Origin: a virus
DNA length: 64,000 nt
Reading direction: 5' to 3' (one strand)
Virus record (IMG/VR): IMGVR_UViG_3300020157_000004
Coordinates: 2,279 to 66,278 of that record
The first letter of the stretch is position 1, and every line of letters starts with the position of its first letter. Below, in pieces: positions 19,465 to 28,071 of the stretch. A program made the position numbers and the translations under genes. Below the pieces are notes generated by a model. That model worked only from the letters and a program-made list of their open reading frames with translations, searched no databases and was not told where the DNA came from.

Positions 19465-19883
19465 GATGTTTTACTGAGGGGTGCCCGGCGACCACGTGTC
19501 GGGGTTGAATCCGCTTCCGCCGCAACTGTAACTTCCGTCTTACTTTCACCGCCTTCCGCCACCACAGGCGCTACACCCTGAAGTTCTTGGACGAGGGGGA
19601 GGCGGGGCTGGCCGGCTTGGGTCAGCGGCACTGTTTCGGAGTTCCGTGAAAACTGCATCAAGGACGGCTTTTTTTTTAACAGTTCGCGGAACTTGGTTTC
19701 CGAAACCGAACCCACCCCCATGATATGCTGCTCAGCCAAACTGTTCAGCTCTGTGATCGTCACCTCGTCAGAGGTTTCAATCGCCCCCAACCCCTGCCCA
19801 ATGTCAATGAACGGGACCATTGATCCGTCAGGAAGCCAGATCGGGTTGGATGGAAGTTCTTTGACGAAAAACGCGACGCTCAT
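19461..19883 (-). CDS. Hypothetical protein downstream of capsid gene; contains A_AAA_AAG slippery site
   Basis: 140 aa ATG ORF whose stop overlaps the next GTG start. Confidence 0.7.
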   Translation of the reverse strand: MSVAFFVKELPSNPIWLPDGSMVPFIDIGQGLGAIETSDEVTITELNSLAEQHIMGVGSVSETKFRELLKKKPSLMQFSRNSETVPLTQAGQPRLPLVQELQGVAPVVAEGGESKTEVTVAAEADSTPTRGRRAPLSKTS

Positions 19884-19894
19884 GGTGGAAGTGA

Positions 19895-19922
19895 CGATAC
19901 AAAAATGAATTGCAGTGGCAAT
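19895..19922 (-). promoter_or_regulatory. Putative sigma70-type promoter re-initiating after the capsid terminator
   Basis: Minus strand TTGCCA-N16-TATCGT ahead of ATG 19883. Confidence 0.35.
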
Positions 19923-19954
19923 AAAAAAGGGTGCCGCCAGTTACGGCGGCACCC
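19921..19954 (-). terminator. Rho-independent terminator after major capsid gene
   Basis: Minus strand GGGTGCCGCC-gtaact-GGCGGCACCC followed by TTTTTT. Confidence 0.85.
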
Positions 19955-19978
19955 CATTGAGACTGGTGCCGGTCGGGA

Positions 19979-21706
19979 TTAAGCTCCGATCGAGCTGAAG
20001 TTCTCGACAATGATCGAGTTCTTGGGGCACTCCACAACCGCTGTAACCGTTTGGCTGTTCAGCGTTTTGATCTGCGTCGGATTCTCCATCACGCAGGAGA
20101 AGGTGCTGTCAATCCGGGCAAGCTGATCCAGCTCACCTGTCTTATACACCTTCCGGTTGGTGGACAGAATGGCTGGGTAAATCGAGCCGCCCTTGCCGAG
20201 GTCGAGAACCATCAGGTAGCGACCACTGGTGGTGTCGGTTCCCGTTGCCAAGTTGACGAACACGTTCCGGAGATCGTCGAACGTCTCCCCGCTGATGATG
20301 TTAAGGACAACGCCGCCCGGCTTGAACAACCGGAAGGAGCGCCAGAGGAATCCAAGCGGGGCCATGTCCGATTTCATGTCCTGCTCGGTGAGTTGCAGGT
20401 TCACGTTGTCGATGCCGTATGTCTTCGCATACGTGATGAACCGCTTCATGAAGTCATTGGCTGTTCCAACGTCCGTGTAAACGTCGATCGACCGGGCAGA
20501 CGGAGAACCCTGACTCTGACGGTTCCGGTAGATGTTGTAGATGTAGGTTTCCAAGAAAGTAACCATCGACAGGGCAGCACCCTGAACGTCGATAGTCTGA
20601 TCGCACGCCTTCAGTTGCTCGTAAACGCCAATCATTCCGGCGCGATAACTGATGAGCTTGCCGCCAGTGCCGGGATCAATCGAGGCACCCGAAACGGATG
20701 TGATCTGCTCCAAAGCACCCCAGCCAGTCAAGGTCTGGTCGGCGCTGATAGATTTGCCAAACAAGAACTGATTGATGAACTGGCGCTGCTCCTCCATCTC
20801 GTCCTGCCGATTCCGCTCCGCAATGGGCAGATCAACGAACTGGGAGAAATACTGGTTGTCCGCCAGAAGTTGCTTCTGGACGGCGAGATACTGGTCATCA
20901 ACACAGCGGGTGCGGCGATAGGTCTGATACCAGAACGGGACCAGCTTGGCCGGGTTGTAGTTGGCCGGGTTTTTGCACCACTGCTCAACGTCACCCACGT
21001 TGTTGATACCAATGACCACAACACCAGTTATGGGTGTGCTATCGTAGGAAGACGGTGAAGCAGCGGTGTTCACTGAACCGGCGTTCTGATCGACCAGCAG
21101 GATGTCAACCGACAGTCCGTCAGTTGAAATCGCACTCTCCTTGATGCGCCATTGACCCTTTTGGGCAGTGCCGCCGCCAGACTTGTTAAGAATGAACAGG
21201 GAGTGGCCTCCGCGACCATTGAGATCACCAAGCAGTTGACCGGCATCAATGTAGGTGCCGTAGCCAGGCGTGACGCGAATCACTCGGTTTCCGCCTGCCA
21301 CACTGGTAAGCGGGCCGGTGGTTCCGGGAGTGTAGGCCGCCGTCGCGTAACCATTGGAAATAACGAAGAAGTCCGTGTTGATAACGGACATCTGGCGACC
21401 CTTGATGAAGGGTTGAACCAAGGATGCGCTGCGATCCCGGCGCTCAATGTTAATGAGCTTGCCCATGCCCGGCTTGTTGCTGGTCATGATCCAGTCGTAG
21501 AAGCCATTGCGGCGGACGCCGCACGCCTTCATCTCGAACTGGTGCTTGAGCAGGCTGTTCAGCTCGTTGTATGTCGAGCCATCAGTGAACAGAGCCTTGA
21601 TCTGTTCCGGGGTCAGCGTGGAAATGCTGGCCTTGGTGAGTGAGCCGCAGGTATCGTAAGTGTTCGTTACTGCGACTGAGCATGTATCGGTAAACGGTGT
21701 TGCCAT
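19979..21706 (-). CDS. Major capsid protein (putative)
   Basis: About 575 aa, follows scaffold, strongly biased codon usage, followed by a strong terminator. Start may be GTG 21721. Confidence 0.7.
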   Translation of the reverse strand: MATPFTDTCSVAVTNTYDTCGSLTKASISTLTPEQIKALFTDGSTYNELNSLLKHQFEMKACGVRRNGFYDWIMTSNKPGMGKLINIERRDRSASLVQPFIKGRQMSVINTDFFVISNGYATAAYTPGTTGPLTSVAGGNRVIRVTPGYGTYIDAGQLLGDLNGRGGHSLFILNKSGGGTAQKGQWRIKESAISTDGLSVDILLVDQNAGSVNTAASPSSYDSTPITGVVVIGINNVGDVEQWCKNPANYNPAKLVPFWYQTYRRTRCVDDQYLAVQKQLLADNQYFSQFVDLPIAERNRQDEMEEQRQFINQFLFGKSISADQTLTGWGALEQITSVSGASIDPGTGGKLISYRAGMIGVYEQLKACDQTIDVQGAALSMVTFLETYIYNIYRNRQSQGSPSARSIDVYTDVGTANDFMKRFITYAKTYGIDNVNLQLTEQDMKSDMAPLGFLWRSFRLFKPGGVVLNIISGETFDDLRNVFVNLATGTDTTSGRYLMVLDLGKGGSIYPAILSTNRKVYKTGELDQLARIDSTFSCVMENPTQIKTLNSQTVTAVVECPKNSIIVENFSSIGA

Positions 21707-21760
21707 ATATGTAATCGGCACTCACCGCGACGCGCGGATTGTGACGTTGCATATAGGCTA

Positions 21761-23095
21761 TCAGCCGTATAAGGCATCCTGAATCAGTTTTGCGTGATCG
21801 CTTGAATCCTTGCTCACTGCATTTGATGCAGACACTTTTTCGTCTCCCATGCTTGCCGGGTTGGAGCGAGTCTTGGCCTTTACAGCAGGCGTTTCCGTGG
21901 CCTTTACTGTTTTTGAGTTGGGCACGGCTTCCTTTCTTTGCCATCCCATCCTCTCCGCCGCTTCATCGAATGATTTCTTCCGCATTGATACGGCTTCTTG
22001 AAGCTTGTTCTTTCCATCCCTAACAAGAAGTGGACGAACAATCTCCGGGTGAAGCCACACGGTATAATGCCCTTCACGATCCTTCTTGGTCATGGAATTC
22101 CACTGGTCAAGGGTGGCAAACTTTCTGGTCACTCCATCGGCCATCTCCCAGTCCATGCTCTCCGATGAACCGCTCATCTCATCCTCGTAACCTTTGACGC
22201 GAAGAAGCAGCTCTGCGTGCATCGGGTTCTCGTGGTTGCTTCGGAATCTGGTGCGCGGGTCCATCAACTGCTCGGCGGTAGCCATTAGGGCCGCCGTCTC
22301 GTTGGCAACCTCAATTACAGTGTCGGCGGATACCGGGTCTCGCTGCCTGATCTCGTCGATGCTTTTGGCCTTGGGGTCGAACGCCTTCATGATCTCCCTC
22401 GCGCCTTCGACGGCGGCCTGGTTGGCGTTTTTTGAGATTATGGCCTTGTGCTCTTTCTGCATCTGGGCTTCGCGCTCTTTGGCAATGATTCTTGCAGCCC
22501 GATCGGACGCAATCATCTCGGTTTCAGACCGTCGAAACTCCTGACCGTCGATCCATTTCGGTGTGGCTTCGTCGTAGAATTCTTCGTGGTCGGAACTGTC
22601 GCCATCGAAGCTTTCGCCGGGGTTGTCCTTCAGCCATTTCGCGACGTAATCCTGCTCCGCTTTCAGGAACCCCCTGTATTCGGATTCCCGACCGGTTTTA
22701 CCACCGTCCTGCTCCATGAATCTGGCCACACGGAGGTTCTGAAGGTCTTCTTCACTGAGGTCTTTGTCGGGGTCCGGCTTCTGTTTAGTGGAGGCGGCGG
22801 CTTCTTCCTGAGATTTACGGGCCGCTTCATCGGAAGACTTATTTTCAAGAAGCTGGCGAGCAACTTCCTTTGAGATTGCGTCAGCTTTGGCTTTGGCCTC
22901 CTGCCGAGCCTTCTCCTCTTCCTTGGGAGGAACAGTCTTAACGACTTCGGTAGGCTCCGTTGTGACTTTAACCGGATTAACCACCTTCTCAACTGGAGCG
23001 GGATTTTTAATGGAGTCGCCATAGCCAAGTCCATCCATGATGAAGTCGATTGATTCGCTGGCGCTCGGGACAGGGGGTTTAATTTCGTCGGGCAT
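21761..23095 (-). CDS. Scaffolding protein (putative)
   Basis: 444 aa, E/K/A-rich charged coiled-coil protein between portal and capsid. Confidence 0.6.
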   Translation of the reverse strand: MPDEIKPPVPSASESIDFIMDGLGYGDSIKNPAPVEKVVNPVKVTTEPTEVVKTVPPKEEEKARQEAKAKADAISKEVARQLLENKSSDEAARKSQEEAAASTKQKPDPDKDLSEEDLQNLRVARFMEQDGGKTGRESEYRGFLKAEQDYVAKWLKDNPGESFDGDSSDHEEFYDEATPKWIDGQEFRRSETEMIASDRAARIIAKEREAQMQKEHKAIISKNANQAAVEGAREIMKAFDPKAKSIDEIRQRDPVSADTVIEVANETAALMATAEQLMDPRTRFRSNHENPMHAELLLRVKGYEDEMSGSSESMDWEMADGVTRKFATLDQWNSMTKKDREGHYTVWLHPEIVRPLLVRDGKNKLQEAVSMRKKSFDEAAERMGWQRKEAVPNSKTVKATETPAVKAKTRSNPASMGDEKVSASNAVSKDSSDHAKLIQDALYG

Positions 23096-23128
23096 ATTAC
23101 AGTGGATGTTTTGGATCGGTGGGCTGAA

Positions 23129-23503
23129 CTAAGGTTTGAAGCTTAACTTCTGAAAAAGGAGTTCAGCATCCGTTCCGGTTGCGGAGGAGAAGAACTCGAT
23201 CATTTTTATCGCGGTCAGGTATCGGGCCGCCTCGTAACCCTCATCGAGAGAGTCCGACTCGGCTCTGGATTGCCCTTTGCCGAGGAGCATGATGTCTTCA
23301 CAGCGAGCAATGCCGCACGCAGAAGACCTGGCTTGATAATGCGCCGATAGCACACTAAGGAATTCACTCCCTTCAGGCCGGTTTAACCAGTCCTGAATCC
23401 GTTTCACTTTCGGGGGGTCAAGCGGGGAGAGGTTGAGCGATTGCAGCCGGGTCTCCGGCTTGAGGATCGGCTCCGACTGCTGGCTGCTCTGGCTGGTTTC
23501 CAT
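23129..23503 (-). CDS. Small protein downstream of portal
   Basis: ATG lies 86 nt inside the 3' end of the portal gene; start uncertain. Confidence 0.55.
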   Translation of the reverse strand: METSQSSQQSEPILKPETRLQSLNLSPLDPPKVKRIQDWLNRPEGSEFLSVLSAHYQARSSACGIARCEDIMLLGKGQSRAESDSLDEGYEAARYLTAIKMIEFFSSATGTDAELLFQKLSFKP

Positions 23504-25751
23504 CTGTGGCCTGAATAATTGCGATCAGTTTGGCGATGACCTCTTGGTTTTGATGCCCAAGGTCGATTGCCTGCTTAACGCCGTTCACGAGAGGGGCGAT
23601 CATTTTGTCGCTCACCGTCTTCATCAGACCCTCGTTGTTCGCTTCAGTGTTTTTCTCAACGAACTCACGAATCTGCTGAACCAGAGCGGTTAATTCCTGC
23701 TGCTTCCCTGCTTCCTGTTCGGCTTTCTGTTGCTCGGACTGTAATGCCACGGTTCCAGATTTCAAGCGATAGTTGCGCGGAAGACCGGACACCTCTGCCC
23801 ATTGATTGAACAGGGCTACAACCTGATCCGGGCCGACCGCCTGAGAAAGTTCTCCGGCAAGGGGTTGCAGCAAGGTCATCATCTGCTGGGCAATCCCCTG
23901 CTGGTTGGCTCGGTTAGCCCCGTCACGGCTGGCTGCGAAGTATTCGATCGGGATGGTGATCTTGGAGCGCTTGCCATTTACAGCAATGTGCCGGTCAGAT
24001 GTCTCACCTTCTTCAACTAAAAGCCCCATCTTTTTAAGCATCTCAGGAGTCACATTTTGATCCGCTGATACATAGCCGTAAACCTCTTCGCTTCCATGCT
24101 CCGTAGAGTAATTGTATATCTGGCGCTTCCACGCCTCGATCGCGCGATCTATTGCCAGCCCGGTGTATTCCAGCCGCGTGCTGGTGCTGGTTGAAATCAA
24201 ATGCACCTCTTCGGCGCTCTGCTCATGACTTGCTGCTCCACCAGCTTCCTGAGAAGACATCACGAGGCACCGCTCCATGATGTTCATGGCCGCTGTAATG
24301 GCCTGCATCACTGAAGTCGTTTCCCGCTGCGGCAATTGAACCGTGTGCAGAGCTTCGTCGATCCTCACTTGCTGCGCCCGGTTTCGGCGACCACTCATCG
24401 GAACCATGCGAAGTGCATTGAACGAGGTGTCATTGATGTCCTTCAGCGACTCGATGATCTTCTCGTCCACCATGTCGGAATCGTAGAAGGTGAGATTCGC
24501 GAAGTTCTGCCGGACGGAAACAACCATCTGCGTCAGCAGGTTGCTGACCAGGTATTCCCACGGGGCAACCTCCTGGACAAGCGAAGGAGAAATAAGCCGG
24601 GAGTCGTCAGGGTCATAACCCCAGTATGTGATACCGCAGGCGACCAGGGGTTCGCAGTAAATTACAGTCGTGTCGGCGGCGACAAGAAACCTGAACCACA
24701 CCGGATACTCGTAATCTCCGATCCCGTAATCCTTCGGGATTATCTGTTCGTGATGCTCGGTTACAACAACCCCGGCGTCCTCAAATGAGGCGTTGTAGGT
24801 GTTGAGGTTGGCCTGCTCGCGATCCAAGCTGGTAAACTCGGGCGTGAACTGGGCTGGCATCAACGTGCATGGATATACAGTGTTGAAGAAGACATCATTT
24901 GTGGATCGCCAGTCGGAGCCGATCGTTATCCGGTCCACATTCCACAGACTCTTGTTCCCAACAATCTGACGATACGGCATGACTCTCCAATACCCGGCAA
25001 AAACGCACCCGGAATCCGTATTGAAGGTTGAGATCGGATGGGACAGGTCGTAGTAGGTTCTCGAAGGATGGGGCAGCCGGTATCGGATTCCCTCTTTTTC
25101 CAAATCATCACCCTGATGCTGCGAAAACCAACTCTCCTGAACGAACTGGAGCTGGTTTGGATACTGACAGCACTTGAGAATAGCCTGCTGTAATGTGTTC
25201 CTGTAATCGAACCACACACCAACCGTTTCCACGTAATCAGTTATCAGTTCGCACTTGGCGATATTCTGAGGAGTTGTTTTACGGGGTTCATACTTGAACA
25301 ACGGATACTGCATCCGGTCGTTCGTAAGCTTGGCCGCCCTTGTTTTCGTGGTGGCTGCGGCCAAAGGGACAACCACATTCAGAAACCGTGGAAGGTTCAG
25401 AACCTTTTCAACCTTCCCCGTCTTCGGGTCTTTCCGGTCGATCAGCAAGTGGCTCATTGCCCACTCTGTAAGTATCTTCTTGTTTCCTTCCTTGGTGAAG
25501 TCCCGGCCTTGGAGTGATCGCATCAAGGCGGCATCGTGCGATCTAAGCGGCGTCTCCCACAGCAAGTCGATGGCGTGGTAAACCTTATAGTTGTCGAAGT
25601 TGAAAGTTCGACCCTGCATTCCACGACCAAAGATTCGCCTCTTCAACGACTTCAGCTCATCACTCTGATCCTTCTCGTCGGCAGTAAAAAGAGCCTTTAG
25701 TGAATCCTCTGTGATTCCAGCCTTTTCCAAGTCTTTGAGTTTTACAGGCAT
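23418..25751 (-). CDS. Portal protein (putative)
   Basis: 777 aa, first gene of head module; SAEEV (TATE-like) motif and Q/A-rich helical C-terminal barrel as in podovirus portals. Confidence 0.7.
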   Translation of the reverse strand: MPVKLKDLEKAGITEDSLKALFTADEKDQSDELKSLKRRIFGRGMQGRTFNFDNYKVYHAIDLLWETPLRSHDAALMRSLQGRDFTKEGNKKILTEWAMSHLLIDRKDPKTGKVEKVLNLPRFLNVVVPLAAATTKTRAAKLTNDRMQYPLFKYEPRKTTPQNIAKCELITDYVETVGVWFDYRNTLQQAILKCCQYPNQLQFVQESWFSQHQGDDLEKEGIRYRLPHPSRTYYDLSHPISTFNTDSGCVFAGYWRVMPYRQIVGNKSLWNVDRITIGSDWRSTNDVFFNTVYPCTLMPAQFTPEFTSLDREQANLNTYNASFEDAGVVVTEHHEQIIPKDYGIGDYEYPVWFRFLVAADTTVIYCEPLVACGITYWGYDPDDSRLISPSLVQEVAPWEYLVSNLLTQMVVSVRQNFANLTFYDSDMVDEKIIESLKDINDTSFNALRMVPMSGRRNRAQQVRIDEALHTVQLPQRETTSVMQAITAAMNIMERCLVMSSQEAGGAASHEQSAEEVHLISTSTSTRLEYTGLAIDRAIEAWKRQIYNYSTEHGSEEVYGYVSADQNVTPEMLKKMGLLVEEGETSDRHIAVNGKRSKITIPIEYFAASRDGANRANQQGIAQQMMTLLQPLAGELSQAVGPDQVVALFNQWAEVSGLPRNYRLKSGTVALQSEQQKAEQEAGKQQELTALVQQIREFVEKNTEANNEGLMKTVSDKMIAPLVNGVKQAIDLGHQNQEVIAKLIAIIQATDGNQPEQPAVGADPQAGDPAAIAQPLPA

Positions 25752-25756
25752 CTGCG

Positions 25757-26020
25757 TTATTCCTGACTGGTATCCTTCATCACGTCAACCTTCATGATGA
25801 GCGCATTCTCCGCCGCGAGCAGATCGCCGATGGTGATGTGTTTCACGTTGCTAAACCCCGCAATAGCATCAGCGATGGCGGGTTCATGCTCCGCGAGACT
25901 GTTCAGCGTTACAGAAGCCAACCCGGCGTAAGGAATCGGTGCAAGCTGGATCAATGCGCCAACGGTTTTCAGAACGATCTGAAGACCGTTCAGTGGCGGC
26001 TTATCGGTGGGTGAGGACAT
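25757..26020 (-). CDS. Hypothetical protein (possible lysis accessory)
   Basis: 87 aa, overlaps the upstream lipoprotein gene. Confidence 0.5.
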   Translation of the reverse strand: MSSPTDKPPLNGLQIVLKTVGALIQLAPIPYAGLASVTLNSLAEHEPAIADAIAGFSNVKHITIGDLLAAENALIMKVDVMKDTSQE

Positions 26021-26381
26021 TTATAAGTTCTCCTTTCAAGGCTAACAATTCAGCGACGTTGATTTCCGTGATGCCTGAGTTGACGGCTGCCTCGGCAGCT
26101 TTGATGGCGGTTCGATGGGCTGACTGGTAGTCCGAGATAAGAACAGCAACCCGATCCCTTTCAGCCAGCAACGCGGGCGAAGAACCTTCGTTGGTGCGCC
26201 TCTGCTTCCATCCCGCAAGCCACGCTTGATAGGCGGCATTCAAAGCGGCGTCTCCTGTGTTTACGGTTGATAACGCAATGCGGTCAGGAGGCGTCTGGCA
26301 GCCGACCGGAAGGAAAGCCAGCGGGAAGCAGACGAAACACAGTGCAGCGGTGGTGATTAAAAAGCTGTATATCTTTTTCAT
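26001..26381 (-). CDS. Lipoprotein (possible spanin-like)
   Basis: MKK + hydrophobic stretch + lipobox LPVG/C. Confidence 0.65.
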   Translation of the reverse strand: MKKIYSFLITTAALCFVCFPLAFLPVGCQTPPDRIALSTVNTGDAALNAAYQAWLAGWKQRRTNEGSSPALLAERDRVAVLISDYQSAHRTAIKAAEAAVNSGITEINVAELLALKGELINVLTHR

Positions 26382-26474
26382 GGTAACTCTTCCAAATGAA
26401 ATCATTCCACACTGAAAATCATTTTCAATGTTTTTCTTGATTCAAGACGGTTGGTGTGTAATTTTGGAAATAGA

Positions 26475-26566
26475 TATGAACGATAAGCTCAGAGATGGCG
26501 CGACAGAGAGGCGTCCATCTTCACTCGAAACGTAATCGCGCCATTCTCTGAAGCGCATGGTTATAC
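26475..26566 (-). other. Integron attC-like recombination site
   Basis: Minus strand GTATAAC-catgc-GCTTCAGAG-A-ATGGCGCGA...TCGCGCCAT-CTCTGAGC-ttatc-GTTCATA: AAC/GTT cores, 5-nt spacers, L boxes with single extrahelical bases. Confidence 0.7.
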
Positions 26567-26572
26567 CGCATC

Positions 26573-26863
26573 ATGAAAGCAATCGAAAATACAACGCCCG
26601 AAGAACTGCTCAAAGAAGCAGCAACGCAACTCATCACCGAACAGAAGCACGCGGCTGTCGCGCAAATCAAAGACACGCTCAAGCGCGTGGCACAACTCAG
26701 CAACGACATCAAGACCATGCAGCAGGCCGTGGAGAAGAAACAGAAGGAACTCGACGGCGCGAATGGGCGGCTGGAAAAGCTGCGCGCCGGTGACTGGTCT
26801 GTGCTCCAAGACCTGAAGGCCGAAAAGACTGACAAACCGCAAGAGGCGTCCGATGCGGTATAA
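26573..26863 (+). CDS. Coiled-coil hypothetical protein in an apparent gene cassette
   Basis: 96 aa; flanked by the perfect 13-bp inverted repeat GTTATACCGCATC (26560-26572) / GATGCGGTATAAC (26852-26864). Confidence 0.75.
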   Translation: MKAIENTTPEELLKEAATQLITEQKHAAVAQIKDTLKRVAQLSNDIKTMQQAVEKKQKELDGANGRLEKLRAGDWSVLQDLKAEKTDKPQEASDAV

Positions 26864-26968
26864 CGTCCGCATGAGCGAAGGCGCGGACAAGTGACGGTCG
26901 AATTTGCGAGAGGCGTGCGACCTGTGGAATAGACGCGAGCAGCCGAACAATCATTAGGCACACCAAGT

Positions 26969-27352
26969 ATGCAATATCAGGTTGATACTTTCCGGCTGTC
27001 AAAAAATAACCTGCTTACGAAAGCTCAAGTTGAATCAATTCTTGAAACTATCGGAGAAAGGCATCGCGATGTGTTATCAAAGTCTAATCACAAAAAGACT
27101 CTGAAAGAAGCATCTAGGAAAAGCGGGTTGTCAATAAACGCCACTGCTAAAATACTTGGAGCGCATTCATTGAAATTGACCGGCAATAAGATAAGCGTCC
27201 AGGGTTTTAGAAGGTCTCAGCTTTTGCATGATATAGCCGACGGATGCGATTGGGTAAATTTAGAAAGAAAATACGGAGCAAGCATGGTAAGAACTGCTTG
27301 CTACGATTTCGTAAGGCGTTTTTCGCCCAAGGTTATTTCTGACAATTTGTGA
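26969..27352 (+). CDS. AT-rich basic hypothetical protein (possible HTH; moron-like)
   Basis: 127 aa, lower GC than neighbours, TLKEASRKSGLSINATAKIL resembles an HTH. Confidence 0.55.
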   Translation: MQYQVDTFRLSKNNLLTKAQVESILETIGERHRDVLSKSNHKKTLKEASRKSGLSINATAKILGAHSLKLTGNKISVQGFRRSQLLHDIADGCDWVNLERKYGASMVRTACYDFVRRFSPKVISDNL

Positions 27353-27574
27353 CTAAGGCTTCGTGATTGTAGCCGTCTGCGCCTTCAGCGTTTCAATCTC
27401 GGCCTTGAGTGCGGCGTCGGTGTTAGTCCCGAACCAGATCGAGTTGATAATCCCTTTCAATCCGCCTCCGTTGCGGACGGAGTGATAGGCGCGCGTGATG
27501 TAAGGAGAAGCCGCGAGCAGGACCAGCGCAGTCCCGCGATACTTCTCCGGGATGATGTGAATGATGTCGTCCAT
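27353..27574 (-). CDS. Small membrane protein (holin-like candidate)
   Basis: ATG 27574; hydrophobic ALVLLAASPYI segment; lysis-type position. Confidence 0.45.
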   Translation of the reverse strand: MDDIIHIIPEKYRGTALVLLAASPYITRAYHSVRNGGGLKGIINSIWFGTNTDAALKAEIETLKAQTATITKP

Positions 27575-27575
27575 G

Positions 27576-27806
27576 TTATTTCTTCCCCAAGTCACGGATT
27601 AGTTTGCGAACTATCAAAATCGCGCCCGCCACAGCGGCGACGGCACCGGCCCCGTGTGCGATGAACAGGAACACTTCGTCAAACCCGTGGACCCATTGGA
27701 CCAGCATTCCTCCGATTAACATTACCGATCCTCCGATTGCGTCGTTGTGTTCTTGCACTTGTTTCAATGTCTTTCTTGGGTTAGGGATTGGCTGCTTCCT
27801 GCGCAT
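27576..27806 (-). CDS. Small two-TM membrane protein (holin candidate; true start probably internal)
   Basis: Two hydrophobic segments followed by basic RKLIRDLGKK. Confidence 0.45.
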   Translation of the reverse strand: MRRKQPIPNPRKTLKQVQEHNDAIGGSVMLIGGMLVQWVHGFDEVFLFIAHGAGAVAAVAGAILIVRKLIRDLGKK

Positions 27807-28056
27807 CGGCCTGCGCGTGGGCGAAGGTGGAGACCAGGGCGTAAAGCTCCGGCGTCACCACCGTCCCAAGTTGCGCGGCATCCACCTTGACCACCGAACT
27901 CTGGACATTCGTAACCGTGCCGTCCGCATAGCGGGTGACGGTCTCGAACACGAACTCACCGGCCAGTTCCCGCGTCAACGGATGGCCCGTGATGTTGATC
28001 TGCGTCAACTTGCGTTGCGCGGATACGATCTGATTAACTACCAAGTCTTTGGGCAT
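27781..28056 (-). CDS. Tail fibre-associated small protein
   Basis: 91 aa immediately after the tail spike, with upstream AGGAG RBS. Confidence 0.55.
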   Translation of the reverse strand: MPKDLVVNQIVSAQRKLTQINITGHPLTRELAGEFVFETVTRYADGTVTNVQSSVVKVDAAQLGTVVTPELYALVSTFAHAQADAQEAANP

Positions 28057-28071
28057 ATTTTGTTCTCCTGA

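Noticed and set aside
20051-21643. 335-aa and 163-aa plus-strand ORFs
   Set aside because: Antisense to the codon-biased capsid gene, a typical shadow.
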